64,000 bases of DNA, taken from Octopus vulgaris (lineage: Eukaryota). The notes under the pieces are model-generated. The model was not told the DNA's origin, did not search any database, and saw only the letters and a program-made list of their open reading frames with translations. Every line of letters starts with the position of its first letter. Position 1 is the stretch's first letter. Below, in pieces: positions 23,825-35,262 of this stretch. Position numbers and translations under genes: made by a program. The stretch lies in NCBI GenBank assembly GCA_951406725.2, contig OX597829.1, forward strand, positions 38,750,001-38,814,000, read 5' to 3'.

Positions 23825-25068
23825 ACCTGATATGCAGGGGAGAAAAACAGTCATTAAAAAATTTATTTGGGAAAGCATTAGTTAAATGGTAAAAGATTTT
23901 GAGAATTCAGTTATAAATAAATGTTTAAAAAAATTTACAACCTCCAGAGCAGGAGTTTCCATTTGCAAAACTGTCCTTCCCACCCCTACTATAGACAACT
24001 TCTGTGTAGAAACCATTAGTTTATATTCTTGGAAAAAAAATGAAAGAAATGTCTATGTAATTATATCTGATATTTTACTAAACCCATCCTGTCCCCACTA
24101 CACCACACACACACACACACACTTCACTCAGGTGATGTGTTGAGGGTTACTATTATCTGCTTCTCTTACAAATAGACTTAGGCTGAGCAGGTGTGCAATA
24201 GTGAAGTGGAAGTAATATTCCAATTCACTAACTTTTGTTTGATTGGCCTTTTGGCTAGGATCAAAGTGTATTATTATTATTATCATCATTATTATTAAAA
24301 AAAAACTCATTATTATTATTAATTAATTAATCAATTAATAATTAGTAATAATAATAATGAAAAATTATTTTCATCATCATCATTATTATGGCAGTGAATT
24401 GACAGAATTAGTAGTAGAACAGCAAACTAAATGCCTTGTGGTATTCAATTGCATAGCTTTACACTGATTTCAAATCCTGCTAAAGTCAAATTTACATTTC
24501 CTTTTTTTCTGGGGTTGATTAAATAAGTACCAGTCAAGTAATTGACTGAAGTCAATACAATCAACTCTTCCCAAAATTTCTGGCTTTGTGCCTATGTACG
24601 TCACCATTATTATTATTATTATTATTATTATTGGTAGATGGTTGTCCCTTATTGGATGTTCATTGATGTCCCCTCATGTGTAGCCCATGTGACAAGAAAA
24701 AAACATTGAGATTATCAATGTTATAACATTATAAATGGCAGTTGATGGCAAAAGTGTTAGAACAACAGGTGAACAAAATGCCTTTGGGTATTCAGTTGAG
24801 TCCTGAGTTCAAATTCCCCTATGGTCAACTTAATCCCATCATTCTTCAGGGCAGAGAGGTAACAAGGGGTTTTCAATATAATTTAATATATTCCCTCCCC
24901 TACTTGCCTCAAAGCCAAATCAGAGGCCTTGTGCCTGTGTAGAAACCATTACTATTATAATTACTATTATTTTTCTCATCATTAATATTATTGTTCATGT
25001 TGTTGTTATTATTACTATTAAATATTGTTCATATTTTAAATGTTTTTTATGTCTTATGTTGCCTTTTT

Positions 25069-25115
<47 letters not shown>

Positions 25116-25550
25116 AAGGAAGTTCCATAGCTTCCCAAGTATTGTTGTAATCACACTACTGTTGTATAATTAAGACAATTAATAATCAACAAAAATAAGT
25201 TAAGTCCAACTTTATATTGTGCTTTTTTTTTAATTTTTGGGGGACTTTTTGTTACATTTTATTAATCGGACTTTTTTTTAAATATTTTCCTCCTCTTATT
25301 ATTTTTATGCAATTGTTTTGATTGAGACAATTATTATTATTATTATTATTGGATTGATAGAATTAGGTGTGTCTGACAAAGTAACATGTATTTTGTTACA
25401 GCTGTTTACATTCTGAGTTCAAATGCGGCTGAGGTCAACTTTGCCTTTCATCCTCCCAAGGCCAATAAACTAAAAAGTACAGAACTGGGGTGGATATAAT
25501 TGAGTTGCCCTCACCAAATTTTTTTTTTTTGGTCTTGTGCCTATGTTAGT
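21100..25550 (+). repeat. Cluster of old, diverged family-A-related SINE copies, all + strand (approx. 21100-21320, 22395-22990, 24390-24600, 24735-24950, 25365-25545)
   Basis: Recurrent TTCTGAGTTCAAAT...GGTCAACTTTGCCTTTCATCC...AAGTACCAGT...CTGGGGT motifs separated by (TTA)n. Confidence 0.75.
23480..23645 (-). mobile_element. R4/Dong-like (RLE-endonuclease) LINE 3' fragment
   Basis: YMDLKYEILKCWNKEINKVVILPIIVGVLGTV matches the C-terminal KY.DL..EI..LW....V.IPIVVGALG motif of RLE LINEs. Confidence 0.7.
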
Positions 25551-25689
25551 AACAATTATTATAATTATGTTTGTTATAAATTGTCACAAATTCATTACAA
25601 CAGCTCTAGATCTTTTGCAATAAAGAAAGGAAAATTATACATTATACATGCTCACATACCATGCATCTGTGGACATGTGTATGTGTATA

Positions 25690-25733
<44 letters not shown>

Positions 25734-26350
25734 TTCACACGCACATAAGTGTGTGTATATAAATATGTGTATATATATGTGTGTGTATATATATATATAT
25801 ATGTACATATGTGTGTATGTGTATATATATGTATGTACATATGTGTGTATATATATATATATTTTAACAAGAATAGTATTGGCTGTAATTTCAAAGTTTT
25901 GGTCAGCTAACCCACCATTGGACTGCGGTACATTTGCAAACAAACCCATGACCTAAAACTCACATAACCTAAATAGACACACCTGATTACAAAGTTCTAC
26001 ATGCATGAGCAAACTCTGGTAAAAATTTGGAGTTGTATTATTGTTCAATAAATATTATCCCATAACACCTCCCCGTCACAACCTCCCACACAAACTAATT
26101 ATCAAGCAACAGTCCAGGAAATTTTAACATAACAGAGATTATATAGACCCTTGATGAATTTCAATATACCACAGTTCAATGATGGATTAGCAGGCCAAGA
26201 CTTCAAAGTCAATGTTAATACCGTTCTTGTTAAGGAATAATAAATTTGTATTGAGTAATCCTTCAGTTTAAATGTAAAATTGTTTTTATAACTTAATGTA
26301 AAAACAACCATTAATGCAAATAAATATGTATATATAAATGTGTGTGTGTG

Positions 26351-26383
<33 letters not shown>

Positions 26384-26920
26384 ATCTGCATATGTATTAT
26401 AGACATATATATGTGTTAATGTGAGTGTGTATATATGCATACACATATATACATACATATATGCTTTAATACACACACACACACACACAAATATATATTC
26501 TCAAACATACACATTATATGATTATATATTTCACAGAATAACGTGAAACTGGTATATATGCTTATGATGAGACTACACTGAATAAGTTTGTTACAATACA
26601 AGTAATTGTACTGCAGATAAAACTATTAATTCCAAACAAGTGGAATATAATTCTAATGTCTTAGCATCTCAATACTGCAATCATCATAGCAACAGATAAG
26701 TTACACACACACACACACACACATGCTCATGTATAGAATTATGCAGTTTCTTCATTCATCTTGCATTGTGACTAAAAGAATTTTTATATTCATTTATTAA
26801 GAGTATTATTCATAAAGCTGACTGCCCTTCCTACTATTTAACATTTAACCTTGATTTAAACTTGTTGTCACTCAGAGTAATAAACAATAGTTCTAGCTGA
26901 ATGGATGGATTGAACTTTAA

Positions 26921-27152
26921 GGCGGTGAGCTGGCAGAAACGTTAGCACACTGGGTGAAACGCGTAGCCGTATTTCGTCTGCCATTACGTTCTGAGTTCAA
27001 ACTCCGCCAAGGTCGACTTTGCCTTTCATCCTTTCGGGGTCGATAAATTAAGTAGCAGTTGCGCACTGGGGTCGATGTAATCGACTTAATCCGTTTGTCT
27101 GTCCTTGTTTGTCCCCTCTGTGTGTAGCCCCTTGTGGGTAGTAAAGAAATAG
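26921..27152 (+). mobile_element. SINE family A, full length
   Basis: GGCGGTGAGCTGGCAGAAACGTTAGC...GAGTTCAAACTCC...GCCTTTCATCCTTTCGGGGTCGATAAATTAAG...GTAAAGAAATAGG. Confidence 0.92.
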
Positions 27153-27579
27153 GAATGAACTCAGAAGTACCATCAGTAACCCTACAGATTAAGCTGTAAG
27201 CTGTTGTGCCTCATCATACAGACACATATATTTGTATGTAATTTGTGTGTATGCACAATATCATCATCATCATCATTATTACTGTTTTAATATCCACTTT
27301 CGCATATTTCCATGGGTCAGATAGAATTTGTTGATGGGAATTTTCTATAGCTGGATGTCCTTCCTGTCACCAACCCTCACCTGTCTCCAAGTATGGTAAT
27401 ATTTTCACATGACCAGGCATGTCTTATAACTGGAAATGAACAACATTGCTTGTACGATGGTATTGCTTCTTTCATATCATGTGATATGAAAACAAAGGTA
27501 CATGCATGTATATACATATATATATATGAGCTATGTATATGTGTGTGTGTGTGTGTGTATATAAAAATATATATATATA

Positions 27580-27599
27580 TATATATATAAGCTATGTAT

Positions 27600-27631
<32 letters not shown>

Positions 27632-27819
27632 AGCTATGTATATGTCTTATATATATATAAGCTATGTATATGTTTTATATATATATAAGCTATATATATG
27701 TTTTATATATATAAGCTATGTATATATTTTATATATGTATATATAAGCTATGTATATATTTTATATATGTATATATAAGCTATGTATATATTTTATATAA
27801 GCTATATATAAGCTATGTA

Positions 27820-27850
<31 letters not shown>

Positions 27851-27895
27851 AGCTATGTATATGTTTAATATATATATATAAGCTATGTATATGTA
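27580..27895. repeat. Minisatellite, unit ~TAAGCTATGTATAT(G/A)TTTT(AT)n, about 10 copies
   Basis: Directly visible tandem AAGCTAT anchors within the TA array. Confidence 0.85.
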
Positions 27896-28397
27896 TGTGT
27901 GTGCATATATATGTGTGTATATATGTTTATATGGATATATATGTGCGTGTGTATATATATGTGTACATATGTATGTTTATATGTATATATATATATATGT
28001 GTGTGTGTATAAACATACAGACACAGAAAGTTCCTAAATTCCTCATCAGTTATCAGCCAGATGGTATTACACCGTTTCATGCCATTTATGATAAGACTGC
28101 AATGCTTCCAGGCTGGCGACATTCACACACAAGGGTCCAGAGAATATTGATTGGACTGTGAACAAAGACACAATACACGGATAACAGGCAATACTGAAGT
28201 TGACATATGAAAGTGAACAAGTGTAATTCAAGACGATGGACAAAGACAAATAATTTTTTTTAAATTAACAAGAGTGCAGCCTTACAGCTAGATGAAGACA
28301 AATCATAGGTAATACTTAGAGGGGAATTCTAAAGGATTAGAAACAGAAGGACAACAAGCAGTATATATATATATATATGTATGCATGTTTGTATTTT

Positions 28398-28431
<34 letters not shown>

Positions 28432-29417
28432 TGAAAAACTAGTACAATGGTTGTATTGACCTTAGGACATTATCAAGTTACTTGCTAATAACCTGTTGTC
28501 AAATTAATCATACTTGTTTAAAAAAAAACTAAAAGCCCTATATTAACATCAAATATTTGGTACTAAAAATGAAAGTAGTCCTCATATATTACACCAAATT
28601 TAATGAATCTTATACAACTTATATGTGTATTTGTGTGTGTCTGTGTAATACATCTCAGCAGTTAAGACACTTGTGTGGGTGAATATGATTCAAAAGTATT
28701 CACATTTAATGCCGCACAAGCATAGTTTTAGCTTGGATAGTTAATGCAAACTATAAAGCTCTGACAGACTGTATCCAAGTTCATTTTAGCAAAATATGTA
28801 ACATCTAGTTATCAGTGGTTAGTGACTACACAAGCTAAGCTTTGTGAGAAAATAAAAACATGCTTTACATAGGAACAGCAGTACTGTAAACCTGTCACGG
28901 CATTATTTAATTCATCTTACATGTACAATCGTCTCCCTTTTTGGTGTTATCCACTAATATTACCATACGATGAAAGTGAAAGCTGTAGAGTTGCGACAGC
29001 AATAAAGTACTGGAATATATAATGTCTTGGAGTATTTAGTTTCATATTATCTGCACTTTTAGTTCAAGTCCTTCCATTTTACACTTTATCCTCCATCCTT
29101 ACTACAATACAAAACCAAGTGTGTTAAGGCTATTTTCATTGTTAAAGCAAAAGTTAGCAGTGAACCCCTTGACGGGGTCTTACCCATTTTTCCTTAAGCT
29201 TTACATATTCCCATCATTTCCTCCTCCATCATTTTTAGCTATTTCTTTCTTGATCTTATTCTTTTCTTTCCTTCCATTCCATTCATTTCCCATCACTTCT
29301 CTCATTCATCCTTCCTCAGCACTTGACTCAGTCATTTCATCCCATTTCTCTTCACAACATACATCACTGTCTCTATTTTTCTAATCATCATCAAGCAATC
29401 CATTGTCTCCCTCCCCT

Positions 29418-29490
<73 letters not shown>

Positions 29491-30648
29491 ACCCCTTCCC
29501 CTTCTCTCATACTCTCTTCATTTCTGTTCTTCTCAACATTCTCTGCTGTTTCATGGTTCATTAACTTTCAACATTAATAAAATAAGTAACGGACAGAGAC
29601 TTGAATTTATACAATAGAGTACCATTCATTTCTTATGAATATGTGATATAATGCTAAATATAACAAGCATGAAACTGTATTATTTTTGAATTTTCTGTTT
29701 CTATAAAACATTTTATAACTCTACACTTAGTATTGAATACTTCTCTTTTTATGCAATAATGTTAGTTCATTTACACACATACATACATCTGTATATATGT
29801 GTATGTATGTATGTATGTGTGTGTATATATATATATATGTGTGTATGCATACATATACATAAATACACATACATATATACACAAAGAGAAATTGAATGAC
29901 AAAGGAATAAGAAATTATGTCATGAAGTTCATTGGCTTACAGCTGTTTCTGTACACTGGATTCTAACACCATGTTATTAGTGTTACTATGCCTAAGCAAA
30001 CTAATATATCATTTGCTTTGGCCTTTCAATTCAGCTCTTCACGTTTTGTTTCTCTACTCATCTGTTCTTTCTGTAGAAGAGTAATAGGCTAGAAATGTAA
30101 AAAAAATATCTTCCATATTTCCTAAGCATTAAACTAATACACCCTGTTTGTTGTTTTTTTCACCTCCACCTTAATGGAGGTTTTGTTTTGTATTTTGGGA
30201 CCTCGTATATAATGGTACGTTTCTGTTTAGTGCTTTATATAATTAATCTTGTTGATTTAATGAGGATTCAACTCTTCAAAAGCAGTTGTTGCTTAATCGA
30301 AAGAGAAATTTGTTGGTTTTCATGAATGGTTTATATATATATATATATATAAGGATGTTCACAACTTGTATGTGATATAAAATGGTCAGATAGTTTAATG
30401 CTAAATTTGCAAGCTACCTACAGAGCCAGAATGTTGCAGTGATCATATATAAAATATATAGTATAAGATATATAATCATATTATCATACTTATAAAATAA
30501 CACATATTATTCTAGTTTGTGTATGTTTGTATATATATGTATATATGTGTGCGTGCATCTATACACATATTGTCTATATATATATGTATATGTGTGTGTG
30601 TATCTATACACATATTGTCTCTCTCTCTCTCTCTCTCTCCCTCTCTAT

Positions 30649-30682
<34 letters not shown>

Positions 30683-30743
30683 TTGTATGTGAATCTATAC
30701 ACATATTGTCTCTTTCTATATATATATATGTATGTGTATCTGT

Positions 30744-30807
<64 letters not shown>

Positions 30808-30830
30808 TTATATATGTATATGTGTGTATC

Positions 30831-30870
<40 letters not shown>

Positions 30871-31014
30871 CTGTATATATATGTGTGTGTGTGTGTGTGT
30901 GTATTTATACTCATATTGTCTATAGACATCTATAATACATGTTTACACATGTGACTCTGAGTATACACACACACACACACACACACACACATTTTGTATT
31001 TGGTTTGTGCTGAA

Positions 31015-31451
31015 ACATTTTGTTGTGTCTTTAGAGGGTCATTACACCAATGATAAATACATTCAACTGATAAATACATGCAGTCATTCAACTTCACTTC
31101 ATTATTAATGAATTGGTTAGTCCTTTAAGCAAGCAACTTAATTGATCACTTGGTTAGACAATCAATCAGTTGTTTTCCCTCAAGTATATAGCTTCGTAAA
31201 CACAGGCGTCAGTTCAAAGACAAACAGATTTGAAGCAGATCTGGAAACGAGGAGCTTGGTATTGATGAGGTCATGAATGACAAAAGGGACTTTGTCAAAC
31301 AATCACCTTGTTTAACTGACTGATTAAGCAAGTAGCAAATTAGTTGGTTGGGTAAATAACAAACCAAATGACCTATGATAAAGAAGTGAAATTGAACCAG
31401 TGCATGTATTTATTATTGGTGTAACGATCTTCCCAAGATATAGCAAAATGT
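31015..31451. mobile_element. Diverged foldback element with ~130-150-bp imperfect inverted arms
   Basis: Left ACATTTTGTTGTGTCTT...TTACACCAATGATAAATACA..TGCA..TTCAACTTCACTTC versus right GAAGTGAAATTGAA..TGCATGTATTTATTATTGGTGTAA...AAGATATAGCAAAATGT. Confidence 0.7.
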
Positions 31452-31805
31452 ATATATGTATATAGCATTTAATAACCCTAATATTATGCATGTAAGGAAA
31501 GACGGATTGGAGCTTTTATATGTGCAATGTATCATATAAAAGAATTTATATGAACAAAAAAAATAGGATATTCAAACATGTCTAGATTAAGAGAGTAATG
31601 TGTAGTCAAAATACTTATTAACACATCATTAATATTTTCATGGCAGATTGAAAAACTAAGTGAATTTAACACAGAAGAACTTCATTCTTGCATTTTGAGT
31701 ATGGAATATTGGTGGAATGTCACTGGTCTTTTAGTGGCCTAAAACTGATTGGGGTTTTGACTCTCATGAAACCATTAGTAAAAGTGTGTTAATACATTAG
31801 ATATA

Positions 31806-33570
31806 ATCATCATCTGGTTGAGCTTGCACAATTTTAACCCACAAAAGCCAGCCATCTCAGTTTTGCATTAACTGATGGAGGTCTTTGGAGAAGCATCCAG
31901 TATCTCTGGTGAGTTGATCCACATATGTTGTGTTTGGATGCCCTGCTCATATACAGTCACACTCTGGCATCCATAGCAGTAGGTCACTTGTCAGCTCTTG
32001 TTTAGCTCACTAGCAATGTCCAGCAAAGCTCAAGTGCATTTTCATTATAATGGTGGAAAGAAGCAGCTCTCCACACAGTTGTTTCTTGGTGGAATGAGTA
32101 CTCCAAGATATGTTTAAGACTGCTCTTAACATTAGGATGTAAGTGCCATCTAGCTTGGATTCCAGGTTTTTGACAAGCATCCAGGACTGACTCTACTGTT
32201 GCACGAAAAAATTCCTCTTAAGGTTGTCTGACAGAGTTGAGATCCAGTTTTGGCTGTCTGAGTTTTTACATCTTTTTCAGTAGAGGCTATCTCAGAACTC
32301 AGGTACATGAAATCAACTTGACTGAGGGGATCTCCATTGGTGTTGGTGATTGATCCTTGTTAACTGTGAGCAATGAACTTGGTTTTACAAAGATTAGCAA
32401 GTAGTCCAACATAATGTCCAGCTAATTCTAGACTATGAAGTAATTTGGTGGAGTTCAATAGAGTGTCGAAGAGCAAGGTTAAATCATCAGCGTAGAGTTG
32501 GGTGTCTGATCGATCTTCTTTTCATGAGTGTGAAACTGAGGCTGTTTAGATTGTCAACTGATGTTGTAAGGACATAATTTCAGAAAGAGAAATTGCCAAT
32601 ATGTCCTGCTGGAGTGTTCTGGCTCTGATATCAAAGAGATTTGTATCTCCATCTGGGGATCTTACCATTGATTTGGTGGTGTTATAGAGCATCATAATTG
32701 CTACTGTTGTTTCCTCAGGGATACCATAGGCCAGTAGTGATCTTTTTCCATTTTTACCACAGTGGATAGAGTCAAATGCCTTTGAGAAATCAAACAGTAA
32801 TACTGCTTCATGATTTCTGGCTTTAACTCCTTCTATTAGACAACATACTGTAAATATTTGTCCAACAGCTGATCTATTTTTTCTGAAGCCACTTTGATTT
32901 CTTTCTTAAAACTTTCTAAAGTTCTTTTCAATGAGAGTGAATTATAAATTTTTGTAGTGATGACTAGCAGTGATGTTTCCGTAGTTCCTTGTAATACTCA
33001 AATCGCCTTTCTTTAGAAATGATAGTATGCAACCTTCTGTCCATTTATCAATGTTGTTTCCATTGTAGACTGTATTGCAGAAGCCTAACAGAATATCATT
33101 GATATTCTGTTTTCCAGAATATTTCCAGACTTCAGGTGGAATATTATCTAGTTCAGCAGCTTTTCAGTTTTGGGTGATTTTAAGGATGTCTTTTAATTCG
33201 TCAATAGTGAAACCACCAGTTATAATATCAAGGATGTGGTCAAAAATTGATATTACATTTGTATCAGAAACTGAGGGTATATTCCCAAGCAAATTCTGAA
33301 AATGATCCCTCCACTTTTCTAAGCGTTTCTGTGTATTTTTAGCTTTAATTTATGACTTGAAGTTTTTGCACCTGCTTATTTCTTTAACTGTCTGACATAC
33401 TAGTGATGTCTGCTTGTTTCCAATAGCGTGTTTAATTTGATTTATTCTACTTTGGATGTAACACTGTTGTTGAGATTGGTATAGGTCTACTAGTGCTTTT
33501 GGTAGCTTTTGAAATTGGCTTCATTTGAGAACTTTGATGTATAATTTCAGCTTGAGCCACTTCTTGCAGG
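31806..33570 (-). mobile_element. Decayed RTE-clade (RTE-X-like) LINE: linker, RT domain and 3' end
   Basis: Minus-strand remnants KWRDHFQNLLG, KAAELDNIPPEVWK, FDFSKAFDSIH, YGIPEETTVAIMMLY, SPDGDTNLFDI, YADDLTLL; (ATC)n tail at ~31806; many stops and frameshifts. Confidence 0.85.
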
Positions 33571-34060
33571 TGTTACAAATACCAAAGCACAGTGCTCTTG
33601 TAAATAGAGGTGATACAAAACATCCAAAGACCATAAATAAATACACATTCCACACAACTACAAATAGAAATGGCAAGTATCTAAATGAATTTAATCTTGA
33701 CAAAGTTTTTCTAAATGCCAAGTTTCAAAAGAAACCTTCCAAGCTGCATACATGCTAATCAACAAAAAATTGGTTAATAACACCTTAAACACAGTTTTAG
33801 CAACAGAAAATTGTCATATCAAAATTTTGCCTGAGCCTTAGAGCTATCAAAACTAAATCAGTCTCTAGGCCTGCATATAACTGGTCAATTTTTGCCAACA
33901 ACAGAGAAATCTGCAATTAATACACAATAGGACTTAGAAAGGGACTTGAGCTCCTACAAAATGAAAATGAAGAAAACTTCAACACAGCATAAAATAATTT
34001 TGTGTCTAACACAGAAATTGCAAATCAACCACTAATAAACATCTGCCCTGGGATGACATT
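33570..34060 (+). mobile_element. Inverted 5' segment (APE endonuclease C-terminus and linker) of the same LINE
   Basis: Plus-strand IPKHSALVNRGD...FHTTTNRNGKYLNEF...LNAKFQKKPSKL...RIVISKFCLSLR...YNWS...PWDD is the region that normally precedes the minus-strand body. Confidence 0.72.
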
Positions 34061-34319
34061 AAATATGTGTGTGTGTGTGTGTACACACACACACACAAAT
34101 ACATAAACATGGAATAGGTTTATACATTTGTCTATTCAAAGTTAAGAGGAAAATTGCTCAAATCAAGAGCCATTTCAAATTTTAAACTTATGGATCATTT
34201 CCTGAAGGGACAACAAAAGTTACTTGCATCTTTAATGTCTGAAAAACTGAGTGGAGAAATTATTTTCATTTGTAAAGTTTTGCTTATGCTGCCGGCAACT
34301 ATATAGCTATTTTTCTCTT

Positions 34320-34770
34320 TTTACTACTACCAGTACTACTACTACTTCAACTATTACTTGTATGACCACTGCTTCTGTTATTGCTACTTGCTCTGCTGTA
34401 TCTGTCATTGTTACTACTACTACTACTACTACCACCTACACTACAATTATAACTTTGATTATGATGATAACCACTACTACCTCTGACACTTACGACCACC
34501 AACAACTCTAAAACTACTATCACCACCACCACCACCACCACCACCACCACCAATGACATCATACTATAATAACTATCATTACTAACATCACTGTAAGCAC
34601 TAATATCATGAACTTTACTAGTATATATGAGGCACTATCACTAATAAACATTTCCACCAACACCACCACCACCAATATCAATAACAGTACTACAACCAAC
34701 ATCATGATACACACCACCACCACCTCCTTTACTACTACTACTACTGTTACCACCACCATTACTACTTTCA
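34320..34770. repeat. Degenerate (ACT)n/(ACC)n trinucleotide low-complexity tract
   Basis: Directly visible; yields poly-Thr and poly-Val pseudo-ORFs. Confidence 0.85.
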
Positions 34771-35038
34771 AATACTTACTGATTCTCATTTATTTGAGAA
34801 CTGCTTTTTACATTATCTCTTACTTGTTTCTGTCATTAGACTGCAGCCAAACTAGGGTATTATCTTGAAGAATTTTTAGTACTTTTTTTTTTTGCCAGAT
34901 ACTTTATCCTTTGGTCTCTTTTGTCAAACCACCAAGTTACAGGGACATAAACACACCAACACCTGTCATCAAGCAGTGATGGAACATAAACAAAGATGCA
35001 CACACATACTGCATGGTATGATTTTCAACACACATTAA

Positions 35039-35262
35039 GGCGGCGAGCTGGCAGAGATGTTAGCATGCCGGGCGAAATGCGTTGCCGTATTTCGTCTGCC
35101 ATTACATTCTGAGTTCAACTTCTGCCGAGGTCGACTTTGCCGTTCATCCTTACGAGATGGATAAATTAAGTACCAGTTATGCACTGGGGTCGATGTAATC
35201 GACTTAATCCCTTTGTCTGTCCTTATTTGTCTTCTCTATGTTTAGCCCCTTGTGGGTAAAAA
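35039..35262 (+). mobile_element. SINE family A, full length
   Basis: GGCGGCGAGCTGGCAGAG...TTTAGCCCCTTGTGGGTAAAA. Confidence 0.9.

Noticed and set aside
34251-34868. Mucin-like poly-Thr ORFs
   Set aside because: Degenerate trinucleotide repeat with stops and no splice support.
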